The notes under the pieces: model-generated
The model's database searches: none
Seen by the model: the letters and a program-made list of their open reading frames with translations, nothing else
What the model was told of the DNA's origin: nothing
Origin: the human T2T-CHM13v2.0 reference genome, Homo sapiens
Assembly: GCF_009914755.1 (NCBI RefSeq)
Contig: NC_060929.1
Length of the DNA stretch: 64,000 bases
Reading direction: 5' to 3' (one strand)
Shown: positions 27,646 through 39,089 of the stretch, in pieces
Layout: every line of letters starts with the position of its first letter
Position numbering within the stretch: the stretch's first letter is position 1
Program-made: the position numbers and the translations under genes

Positions 27646-28140
27646 TGTATTAGTTCATTTCAATCTGCTATAAAGAAATATCCCAAACTGGGTAATTTAT
27701 AAAGGAAAGAGTTTTAATTGACTCACAGTTCCACATGGCTAGGGAGGCCTCAAGAACCTTACAATCATGGCAAAAGGCAACGGGGCAATAAGCACCTTTT
27801 TCACAAGGCAGCAGGAGGGAGAAGAATGAAGGGGGAACTTCCAAATACATAAAACCACCAGATCTTGTGAGAACTCACTCACTGTCATGAGAACAACATG
27901 GGGAAACCGCACCCATGATCAAATCACCTCCCTCTCTCAACCCATGGGGACTACAGGGCCCTTTCTCAAAAGGGGATTACAATTCAAGATGATATTTGGG
28001 TGGGGACACAGAGCCAAGCCATATCATCCATCCCTGGTCTCTCCCAAATCTCATGTCTTTTCACATTTCAAAACCAATCATGCCTTCCCAACAGTCCCCC
28101 AAAGTCTTAACTCATTTCAGCATTAATTCAAAAGTTCACC
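27646..28140 (-). mobile_element. THE1D-like LTR (27646-28026) plus about 110 bp of adjoining internal sequence
   Basis: TGTATTAG...CCATATCA LTR, then CCCAAATCTCATGTC...CAACAGTCCCCCAAAGTCTTAACTCATTTCAGCATTAA (THE1/MST-int 3' end). Confidence 0.88.
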
Positions 28141-28385
28141 CTTCCTTCAGCTTCATCTCCTGACACTTTTTCCAGGCACCCCACTCTGAATGCCCCTCTT
28201 CGGGACCACTGGCTCAGTCCTGGGCCTCTGCTGTGCTAATGGGCATGTCTTAATGTGCTTTTCCTGCAGGCTTTGCCTATTCTGTGTTCTCTGTCTGGCA
28301 CACTCTGCATCATTTTGTGAGCCTCTGGGGCAACTACTCAGAGGTACCCTTTAACAAGATCTCCTTCCTTAGAGGGAAGCCAAGA

Positions 28386-28780
28386 TGCTGTGGACTGAAT
28401 TGTACATTCCCAAAATTCGTACATTGAAGCCCTAACCCCCAAAGTGATGGTATTACAGGTAGGGGCCATGGGAAGGACAAGGATTAGATGAGTTCATGAG
28501 CATAGGCACCCCCACGATGGGCTTTATAAAGAGAAGATGTGATGAGTTAATGATAATGGGATTTGAGATGAGACAGAAAGACCAAACCTCCCTCCTTCCT
28601 CTGTATGGAAACACAGCGAGAAGGCTGTACTGGCAAACCAGGAGCAGAGCCCTCACCAGTAACAGCCCTTACCAGCACCCTGACCCTGAACTTCCAGCCT
28701 CCAGAACTGGGAAGAATTCACTTCCGTTGCTTAAGCCCCCAGTCTACGTATTTTGTTATGGCAGCCTAAGCTGGGCCTAG
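28386..28780 (+). mobile_element. MaLR solo LTR (MLT1A-like)
   Basis: TGCTGTGGACTGAATTGT...TTGAAGCCCTAACCCCC...ACTTCCAGCCTCCAGAACTG...TTTTGTTATGGCAGCC. Confidence 0.85.
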
Positions 28781-30559
28781 AATGGTGCCTAGAATATAAT
28801 GAATCCTTTGTAAACATTTGGCTTTTATTCCTCTTAGGTACTTATATCCTATTTTGTGTCACACTTTCACATTGGAATTTGAAACACTATTAAAAAAGCG
28901 AAGCCAGGACAATATGTTTGATGTTATTATTAACTTGGAGAAAATGCTCTTTATTTGCATTGTTATTATTTTTCAGGGCCTCCTTTTCTTATAGAGGTTG
29001 TCAGGGGAACATTCAGCACAGCACGCCTGACTCCAGTGAACTCGGAGTTAATGGACCCTGAATGAGACTTCAGTACATGAAGTACCTTCTATCCTGGAAT
29101 AAGATGATGGACATATTAATAGCACACATACAGCTTTTGAGGCTGAAGATTCAGGTCAAGTTAATTGCTTTAAAAACCCAGTAATTTAAGCTACAGAAAA
29201 ACAATCACATTGGTAATAGCAGTCTTAAATATAGTTTTGTGTACTTTAAGACTTTAGTTAGTGTTTTTACACAAGATGAGAGAAACTCATGACAAATACA
29301 ATGGCAGTGAAGATTAAACATCAGTAAAAGAAAAAGCACATGCAAGAGAGAACAAAAATGCTAATAACCAATTACATCAGATCCAGGAGAAAGTCAGCTA
29401 TATATTCTTGTTGAGATTGAAACAAAAATGTGAAGATAATGTAATGGAGTTAAGAAGTGGTCAATAGTTGAATGCATCCTAGGCCACTTAACAAAACCAG
29501 AAACTCTCAGCCGTAGGAGAATGCAGATGCCCTTTCTTTACCAAACAAGGGGAGAGCAAGGAAACAAGAATGGATCACAGGATCTCATCCTTAAAAAAGT
29601 ACCCATGGGAGATGTGGACGTTCCTTGTCGGGAAACCATCAGTACTAACTCTATTTCATGTACACAAAATGAGAATTTTGCCACAAACTTCTTGAACCGG
29701 AGATAGTAGACATATTCAGCCTCTGGATAGCCTACATTATAAAGAACAGAGATTCATCCCATCTCCTTCTTTCCCCAACAAAAATATAATCATATGAAAA
29801 GAAGTCAAGAGAACAATTCTCCAACCTGAGATTTCCTGTATTTTTTATTTTATCTCCCTATTGTTTCTTTTATTTGTCGTTGTTTTCATTCCAGTTTCAA
29901 CCAGAGTCACATTTGCTTCCTAATCCAGTGCTTGTAAATTTCTGTCTTCTTGGATAATTGTTGTTAATAATTGCTGTGGATGATTCTCTAACTTAGGAAG
30001 GTATCTAGATGAACCGTTTCTTTTTTCTGTGACCTGGTGCTGAAGGGCATGTGTTGCCTGGGAAGTCAATAAAATGAGATGAGCATTATATCCTCAATTT
30101 CTTTTCAAACAGTCCTTTGATATGCAACAGTCCTTTGCCCCTTTCTGAATCAGCCCATCCTCCAAGTGTTCCCAGGTCACAGCGCTGTCAGTACCCATGG
30201 GACAGCATAAAAGGAAGAGGTGTGTTACTTCTTTTCTTCCCTTGAAGTTTTTTTCTTTGGTTGGTTTAACCATTAAAGATAAGGTTTGAACTTAATGAGC
30301 CTTTTATTCGATGTAAGTGATGTTTCATTTTTACATGATTCATCTAGCCTCAGATTAATTAAGTATAATATTTTCTATTTAATTACTGGGCATATTTAGG
30401 TAATTAATTTTTGAAGAGAAGAAGTGGTTTTGTGTAGGCTACTTTATCTCATTTTTTAATTGACTGAATTTTTTTTCTCTGTTAGACTGAAGAATATTCT
30501 ATATAATTTTCATCAATGAGTTACGATAATTTTCTGTAAAAAACTTTCACAATAAGTTT

Positions 30560-30782
30560 TGTTCCATGAGCAGGTGGCTCCAAATCCTTCATCATTAACT
30601 CTGGTACCCTGCTTCCTTTCCCTCAATTCATTCCTATGGCTTCTTGGGAAATTCCTTAGAAGCAATTGACTGAGAAAGTAGAGACTCAAGCCTGGTTTAC
30701 AAATGGTTCTGCATAGTATGCTGGTAACACTTGAAAGTCAGTAGGTAAAGCACTACCAGGCCACTCAAAGTCCTCTCTGAGA
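30560..30782 (+). pseudogene. ERV-L pol relic, tether/RNase H start
   Basis: Hand translation from about 30633: PMASWEIP*KQLTEKVETQAWFTNGSA*YAG, compared with ERV-L MASWGVPYDQLTEEEKTRAWFTDGSARYAG as recalled. Confidence 0.8.
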
Positions 30783-31269
30783 ATTGGAGGTGGCCCCTTT
30801 TCCCTCTGAGCCTCTACACAGCACCAGCCTTCAACCTGGATGCCCAGAAGCTCTAAGACCTACTCTGGGTCTTCAGTGTTCTCAGGAGGCATGGGAGGCA
30901 AGAGGTTTTTCCAGAGGCTTTGTAGGCAGAGCTCATAGGCCCCTGAGAAATTATCCAGAGAGAAAGGAAAAGAGGCAGACTTGTATGCTTACGAGGACAC
31001 ACGGGGTGAGGACACACGGGGTTCCCTCTAAGGACTTCCACAAATAACTGGAGGCCCTTGAAGAAAAGACAGATGCTCCATCACTAACACAGAAGAAAGT
31101 TTTCAATGCAATGGCTGCCAACTGCATCATTATTTCACAGAGCCATGTCACTGCCCAATAACTATTTCCTATGATCTCTTGATTGAGATGTCTCACACCA
31201 TTCATGCAGCTGGGCCACTCCCTCTCCTAATTAAATACATACATGTTCTCAGCATCTTTCACAATTCCA

Positions 31270-31760
31270 GGATAGCTTTACTTCTAAAACCGACAAAGAT
31301 TGAAAAAAGGAAAAATAAAAACAAAAAAACACAGATATTTTTCCCCTAGTACTGGTGAAGGTATTTGGCAATGAGATGGAAATATAAACTGGAATAATGT
31401 TTCCAAAGAATAATTTAACCATCAAATCAAAAGCCTCAAGAGTGTGCCAGACATTGGCCCTGTAACTTCATTTATGGGAAATGTCTTAAGACAGACTTAC
31501 AAAGATCGTCATCACAGCCTTGTTTGTAATGAAAGACTCGGAATCCACCTAACTTCCCACAAGCAAAAACTGGACATTCCTGACAGGGAAACTTTGGAAC
31601 CACTCAATATGATGAAGAATATCCAACAATTTGTTGCATGGAACAATGTCATGTAGAATGTTAAGAAAGGAAAAACAAGTTAAAGAGTATTCAATTTCAT
31701 ATTTATAAAGATATGTATATATGAGTAATAATATAAACATCCTCACTGGAATAACACATT
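31270..31760 (+). mobile_element. Old L1ME-like 3' fragment inside the ERV-L relic
   Basis: GGAAATATAAACTGGAATAATG...CATCACAGCCTTGTTTGTAAT landmarks. Confidence 0.5.
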
Positions 31761-31774
31761 CTGAATATCAATTT

Positions 31775-33228
31775 GCCTTGTGAGCAGCACCATGCATAGA
31801 CTTACAGAATTCTTATCCATCAGCATGGTATTCTGCACAATAATGCTTCTGATCTGCAACTTACTTCACAGCAATAAGTACAGCAATGGGCTTATATGCA
31901 TAGAATTAACTGGTCTTATCACATTACCTGGAAGTAGATGGCCTAATTGCGCAGTGGGATGGTTTACTAGGGACTCAGTTATGGTACCAGTTTGAGCAGA
32001 ATGCTCAAAGAGAATGACATTCTGTATTACAAGATGTAGCATATTTTTTTGAATTGGAGATCACTATATGATGTTTTCTCCCTCCAGAGGCAGAATACTC
32101 GAGTCTAAGGATCAAGGTGTAGAAGGTGGTCCATCTCCTTTCAAAATTATTCCTAATAGCCAACTTGCAAAAGCATTGCTTTTTGTCCAAGAGATCTACT
32201 GGTTTTGAGGTCTTGTTTCCTAAAGGGTGAGAATTCACTGCATTGGAAAATGAGACTGCCATCTGGACATTTTGATCTTTTTATGCCAAGAGAGAGAAAA
32301 TGAAATTACTCTGCCTGGTGGAGGAATTGATTCTTATTATTGAGGAAAAAATCCATTGCTGCTACCAACGGAGGGTAAGGAAGACTGTGTCTAGAACCCA
32401 TAATGGTTCTCAGGGCTAATGCTTAGTACTCCCCATTCTCAACATTAAAAGTTAATGAAAAACTATAGTAATCAAAATAGAATTTTTGAGCATCAATACT
32501 ATACAGGATTTGGGCCACTCCACTAGAAAAGGAACCCTGACTAGCTTTGGTTATGGCTGAAGGAAAAGGGAATGTGAAATGATTAGTAAAGGAGAAAAAA
32601 AACAAAAACAAAGATAAACTACAACCATGTTACCAGTTTCAAAACTGAGCATTATAGTTTATTTGCATATTATATTATTTGTAATAAAATAAAACTACAG
32701 TAATCAAAATGCACTTTTTGAGTATCAGTACCGTATAGGGATGAGGATTTGGGCCACTTCACTAGAAAGGGAACCTTGACCAGCTTTGGTTATGGGTGAA
32801 GGAAAGGTGAAATGTGAAATGATTAGTAAAAGAGAAAAAAAAGAGCTATCAACTACAGCCTTGTTACCAATTTCAAAACTGAGGATTATTGTTTATTTGC
32901 ATATTTATATTATTTATATTTAATAAACATTTTCCTTCTTCATTTTTATGTACAAGTTGTTTCAAAATAACTTTATATAGTTTTTAGGTAGTAGAATATT
33001 TAATGCTGCCGTAACTGAATTTGACCAGTAATTAATATAGCCAACAAAGGAATCCAACAGACTGCTACAACTGTGTGCATCTTCCTGATAGAAAAAAAGG
33101 ATAGCTTATTCAATTATATGGAGGATGGCTTCCCCTTTTTAGGTGGAAACACAGAGTCACATTATTGTACAGAAGTTCAAAAATGTGTAGAAGGGTGCAC
33201 TGGAAGCTGAGAGTCTAAAGGAACAGTC
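31775..33228 (+). pseudogene. ERV-L internal relic: integrase and 3' region down to the polypurine tract
   Basis: Frameshifted fragments TMHRLTEFL, HGILHNNASD, QQWAYMHRINWSYHI, GLIAQWDGLL, SKDQGVE match ERV-L integrase; ends AAAGGAACAGTC before TG. Confidence 0.8.
32459..32926. repeat. Diverged tandem duplication, two copies of about 232 bp
   Basis: Copies start at 32459 (AAAACTATAGTAATCAAAAT) and 32691 (AAAACTACAGTAATCAAAAT) and are colinear throughout. Confidence 0.95.
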
Positions 33229-33668
33229 TGTATCATGTAACAGTTGATTGCCCCTTGGCTCAAAGCTACATTTTTTTCACTCTTCCTGGTTATGCTAGAC
33301 CTGTACCTGTGAACATTTATTATTTGCCAGCTGACAGGATATTTAAGGACACTGAAGAGTCACTGCAAGAGGTAGAGTTTCATCTTCTTCCCACAGCATG
33401 GCTACCCGAGGCACACCACCTCTAGGGAATTTCCCATGTACCTCCGTAGTTAGTTTCCTACTGGCCAACCGTGTCCCACGGCACCTCAACACACTTCACT
33501 GATCGTGAATAGTGGTTTGTTGCTGTTGCTACTTGTTATTTTGGGAGAGCTGGATTGGGGCCCCCAGGTATATTCTCCTCAGTAAGGTTTGAATCTCAGC
33601 CTTGGGGGTTGAATGGAGAGGATTTTCCACAACAATTCCTTCCGTAGGTATTTTCTCTCATCCTTCAA
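33229..33668 (+). mobile_element. ERV-L 3' LTR (LTR41-like), truncated by L1
   Basis: TG directly after the PPT-like tract; TGAACATTTATTATTTGCCAGCTG resembles LTR41. Confidence 0.55.
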
Positions 33669-36625
33669 TATTCCACTTTCAGTCTTGCATAGAACAACTA
33701 GACAGAAGATCACTAAGAAAATTGGAGGCTTGGACAATACTACAAACCAACTAGGTGTAATAAACATCTATAGAACACTCGCCCAACATACTCTTCTCAA
33801 GCGTGCACGGAGCAGTCTGCAGGAAAGGTAATGTTGTTTCATGAACAAGAAAGACTCAACACATTTTGAAGGACTGAAATCATACTTTTAAAAAATTGAA
33901 ATCATATATAGTATGTTTTCTGATCACACTGGCTTAAAATTAAAAGTCAATAACAAAAGGAGGTTTTGAAAATGTATATGTATGCGGAAACTATAAAAGA
34001 TGCTCCTAAATAATAAATGGGTCAAAGAAGAAATTATGACTTATGTCTTTTAAGTATTTTAGCCATTGCGAGTTATTTTTGTACATAATATAAGGGTCTA
34101 ATTTCAAATTTTTTTGCAAGTGAATATCCAGTTTTCTCAACACCGTTTTTTGAAAAGACTGTCTTGTCCCACAATTGGAATTAGAAAATACTTTGAGATG
34201 AATGAAAATGAAAAGAAACAACATAATGGAACTTAAAAAATTCAGCAAAGGCAGTGTTCATAGGAAAATTTTTGGCTGAAAACATCTACACTAAGAAAGA
34301 AGGATCTAAAATCAACAACCTAATTTTCCATCTTAAGAAACTAGAAGCCCAGATGAGATGGTTCACACCTGTATTCCCAGCACTTTGGGAGGCCAAAGCC
34401 GGAGGTTCACTTGAAGCCTGGATTTCAAGACCAGCCTAGACAACATAGTGAGGTCCAGTCTCTACAAACAAAATTAAAAAAAAAAATAGCAAGTGTGGTG
34501 GTGTATGCCTGTAGTCCTAGCTGCTCAGGAGGCTGAAGTGGGAGGATCACTTGAGCCCAGGAGGTGGAGGTTGCAGTGAGCTATGATCATGCCATTGCCC
34601 TCCAGCCTGGGTGACTGAGCACAACCCTGTCTCTATAGTAACAAAAAAGGAAAGAAAGAAATTAGAAAAATATAAGCAAACTAAACCAAAAGAAAGCAAA
34701 GAAAAGAATAAAAATTAGAGCAGAAATTAACCACATAGAGAACTAAAAATCTGGGAAAAATCAACAAACCCTAAAGTGTATTCTGTTCTTTGAAAAAAAA
34801 TTAAAATGACAAACTTTCAGCTAGACTAATCAAGAAACAAAGAAAAGATGCATGCTGGACCAGATAACCTCACTGCTGAATTCTATCAAATATTTAAGAA
34901 ATATTAACACAAATCCACCATAAAATCTAACAAAAAAACAGAAGGAACATTTTCTATCTCATTCTTTGAGGCCAGTGTTACTCTGACACCAGAACAAAGG
35001 ACATTACAAGAAAAGAAAACTACAATCTAATATTCCAAATTAATAGGGAGAAGATGCAGATCTCCAATATGGAGCTTCAAATAAATTGTTTACATACTCC
35101 AGTCTGAAGGAGAGGAATCATGACTCTATAGTCATTAAGTTTGAGCTGCAAACAGTGACTTCCTTCCGAAGACTGCCATATGGAAAGAAGGAATAAATAG
35201 AGTAACTTTGCAAAAGAGAAACCTTATAAACACTACATTGGCCTGGTGATCAACGTCAGTATTAACAGTTATAAGTCATGTTTAAAGCATGGACCCTTGA
35301 TACAATAAAAATGGTGTTTTACTTCTGTAATCTTCCCCCCAAAAGCCCATAATCCCAATCTAACCATCAGAAAATCATCAGATAAATTCTAATATAGACG
35401 GATATCCCATAATATGCATGAGCAGTATTCCTCAAAACTGTCAGTGTCATCAAATACAAAGAAAATCTGAGAAAATATCACACCCAAGAGAAGCTAAAGG
35501 AGACATAATAACCATTAAATGTAACATGATGTCCTATATCTCGGAAAAGAAAAAAAAAGGTAAAAACTAAAGAAATCTGAATACATAATGGCTTTTAGTT
35601 AATGATTTATAATATTGTATGAAAAATGTACTGTCCTAATGCAAGACGTTTATAATAGGAGATACTGTGTGCAAGAATGTGTAGGGGAATTGAATATGGA
35701 AACTGCTAACTGCTCAATTTTTCTGTCAACATAAAATTGTTACAAAAACTAAGGTCTATTCATAAAATTTATTTAAACACTTTAAAATGGGTAAAAGGTT
35801 TGAATAGACATTTCTCCATAGAAGATACACAGCTGGCTCATGAAAGATGCTCAGCATTGTTAGTCATTAGGGAAATTCAAATCAACACTGTAACAAAATG
35901 CCATCTCACATCACATCCACTAGGAGGGCTATAATAATTTTTTACGTGAAAAATAATAAGTGTTTGGAAGGATGTGGAGAAGTCAGAATGCTCATATGTT
36001 GCTGGCTACATTGCTGAATGTGAAGTGATGCAACCTGTATGGAACACAATTCGGCAGTTCCTCAAACCCTCAAACATGGAGTTACCACATGACCCTAAAA
36101 TTCCATTCCTAAGTATATACCCAAAGAAATGGAAAACATATGTTTAGACAAAAACCTGTACGTAAATGTTCATAATAGTATTACTATAATAGTCAAAAGA
36201 AGAAAACAACACACATGTTCAGCAACTGAAGAATACAACACTTTTTAATGTGTTCTATTGATGCAATGGAATATTATTCAGCTATAAACATGAGTGATGT
36301 ACTGATACATGCTACATGAAGAAACCTTGAAAATATTACACTCAGTGAAAGAAGCCAGGTATACAAGGCCACAAATTGTATGATTCCACTTCTGTGAAAT
36401 CTATAAAGACAGAGTAGGTTAGTTGTTGCCAGGGGCAAAAGGAGGGGGACATAGGGAGTGGCTGCTAATGAGCATGGCTTGTTTTGAAAGCAGAGTGATG
36501 AAATTTTTCTAAAAAAAGATTGTACTGATGGTAGTCCAACCTTGGGAGTGTGCTAAAAATAGCTGATATGTACACTTTACAGTGATAAATTTTGTGGTAT
36601 GTAAATTATACCTCAATTAAAAAAA
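33669..36625 (+). mobile_element. Composite of old L1s: ORF2 endonuclease-region fragments, an L1MC/MD-type 3' end (about 35040-35750) and an L1MB-type 3' end (about 35770-36625)
   Basis: ORF 33613-33831 tail FNIPLSVLHRTTRQKITK is L1 EN-like; TTGAATAGACATTTCTCC...CTCAGTGAAAGAAGCCAG...AAATTATACCTCAAT plus A tail. Confidence 0.8.
34347..34655 (+). mobile_element. AluJ
   Basis: GGAGGATCACTTGAGCCCAGGAG and GAGCTATGATCATGCC are J-type; TSD AAGAAACTAGAA (34335-34346) / AAGAAATTAGAA (34656-34667). Confidence 0.93.
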
Positions 36626-36649
36626 ACTTTTATAAGGGGCATAGCGTAT

Positions 36650-37250
36650 AGGAAATTCCGAAGTGAGTTTATGGAGGAAAACAGTGATTACACTGTGGAG
36701 GTTGGCTTAGACTAGATCATAAAAAAATTTTATATCCATCCTAAACTAAAATTTTACTTAATTGAAAATTAAGAGAAATGTTTTTAACAGGAGAGTAGAA
36801 TGATCAGGAATGAGTTTTAGATACTCATTGTCAGGGTAGAGTGACAGAGAAGACTAGAAGCAGGGGCAACAGTTGGGGGCTCATTGCAATCGTCCTAGTG
36901 GGAGACAACGAGAGTGTGAACTAAGATGAGACAGAGCAGCTGAAGGGTCAGGAGAGTAGAGTGCACTGGCCACAGACACTGGGCATGTCTATTAAGAAAG
37001 GGGAAGAATCAAAGATCCCTGGAAATTCCTGTCTTAAGGCCTGGAAGACAAGGTGAATGGACATGCTATGATCCCAGGAGGGGCTTATGAAAGGAAGAAC
37101 TATTTGGGTGGGGAAGTGAGTAGATACACTGTGGACATGTTGAGACTGAGGTGCTTATAGTATATCTGGGTAAAGATATCCAGTTGATGGTTGAATATTT
37201 CTGTCTATATTTCAATAAAGGTATCTAAGCTGGAAATATGATCCTACATC
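36650..37250. mobile_element. L2 relic
   Basis: GGACATGTTGAGACTGAGGTGC...GATATCCAG and GAAGCAGGG...GGCTCATTGCAATCGTCC are L2-like. Confidence 0.6.
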
Positions 37251-38519
37251 TATAGTTATATAATTATAATTTTATATCTCTAACCTATAATATAATTTTA
37301 AACCTATCATTATCCTGTAACTGGTAATTAAAGTCACCAGAATCCTTCACCTTACCAATTAAGTCACTTAATTTGAGATAAGTTATGTGAACTCTCAGGG
37401 CACTAAAATATACCAGACACAGACAAGTGTCAGGAAATTCACAGAAAAGAAACACTAGCACTGAGACCCCAGGAGAAGAAAACACATAATCTAGGGTGGC
37501 CCCATCCTATCCCCAAATCCACTGCTTGATTGCATCCTACTCTCTCTTCACCACATATTCTAAAAAAAAATTTTATGCTGATGCATAATAAATAGTGGGA
37601 ATTTTAAACAATTTTCTTGTTTCAGGAGCAAGTTTATCAGCTTAGATGTCTTGGACATTGCCTAGATACACTGACAAGTGTTTGAAACTACTATTACTTT
37701 AGGGCAACATATAATAATCTTACAAAGCAAGCCACACCTCATGACAAGATCATTTCTTATATAGTCCCAAGGCATGGGACTAAATTCCTGATTCTACCAA
37801 TTAGAGAAAAAGCCTTTGCACCTGTCTATGTCTGCAGAGTGACCAGCTTTGATATGCATGTGTATGTTGGAGGTGGGAGAATTGTTTTATCTTATTTTAC
37901 TTAATTTCTTGTTTCATCTACCCTGGATGCCTTTCTGTAAATTATTAGATATTCCCATAACAGACCACTGAATGACACATTATCATGGAATGAGAATTTT
38001 TAAAAATACTTTTGTCATTTCGTTACATGTAAGAGAATAAATTACTGGCATCTTATGCGAATGATGAAAAAAAGATGCTCAAAATATATTCCAGAGCAAT
38101 TTATACTCACACTAATAAATCTATGGAAAAGTAAGACAACGTTGCTTCTAGAAAGAAGCATCTAATATTTTATAATATAATAAATGAACCATTCATTGAA
38201 ATGAATATTACTCAGATAAAATAAAAGGTGCATAGAGGACTGGAAGCCATGAAGAAAACAGCCATAAAAACAGATTATGTGGTAAGAGAGGTCAGCTTTT
38301 CTTTCTTCCCTCAAGCAATCATTGTATTGAAAGCACCTAGATTTCACCAACAATAAATGTAAATTTCAATTATTAGAGGTTGACAGGGGCCCATCTGGGG
38401 AGTCATTAGCAACAAAGTCATTCATTCATTCATTACACTCACACAAGTAATAAAAATGGATATCCCAGCTTGATTCCTGCAGTTATTGTTTTATAATAGA
38501 ATTGGAAAGACAATATGAC

Positions 38520-38705
38520 AGAGGTAGATAGGCCAGTGAGAAAGACCACTAACCTTGGAATTCAATCACCCATGCTCAAATCTCACTACTGCCAATGGCG
38601 TAAATCACTCAAGCAGAGTTTCAGTTTTCTCCTCCCTAAAATAGGTATAATATTTTTTGCCCTACTTCTCCTTAAATGTTGTTTTGGAAGCTAAATAAGA
38701 CTATG
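38520..38705. mobile_element. MIR relic
   Basis: CTCAAATCTCACTACTGCCA...TCAGTTTTCTCCTCCCTAAAATAGG core. Confidence 0.55.
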
Positions 38706-38719
38706 TACTACTTTAAAAG

Positions 38720-39089
38720 TGTATTAGTCCATTTTCGTGCTGCTGATAAAAACATACCCAAGACTGGGCAATTTACAAAATAAACAGGTTTATTGGACTT
38801 ACAGTTCCACATGGCTGGGGAGGCCTCATAATCATGGCAGAAGGCAAGGAGGAGCAAGTCACATCTTGCATGGATGGCAGCAGGCAAAGAGAAAGAGCTT
38901 GTGCAGAAAATCTCCCGTTTTTAAAACCATCAGATCTCATGAGACTCACTCACCATCAAGAGGACAGTGCAGGAAAGACCCACCCCCATAATTCAATCAC
39001 CTCCCACCAGGTCCTCACAGGACACACAGGAATTGTGGGAGTTACAATTCAAGATGAAATTTGGGTGGGGACACAGCCAAACCATATCA
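38720..39089 (-). mobile_element. THE1B-like solo LTR
   Basis: TGTATTAGTCCATTTTC...GGCAAGGAGGAGCAAGTCACATCTT...ACACAGCCAAACCATATCA. Confidence 0.92.

Noticed and set aside
28960-29160. Possible plus-strand exon after TTATTTTTCAG
   Set aside because: Acceptor-like only; no good donor and no open frame.
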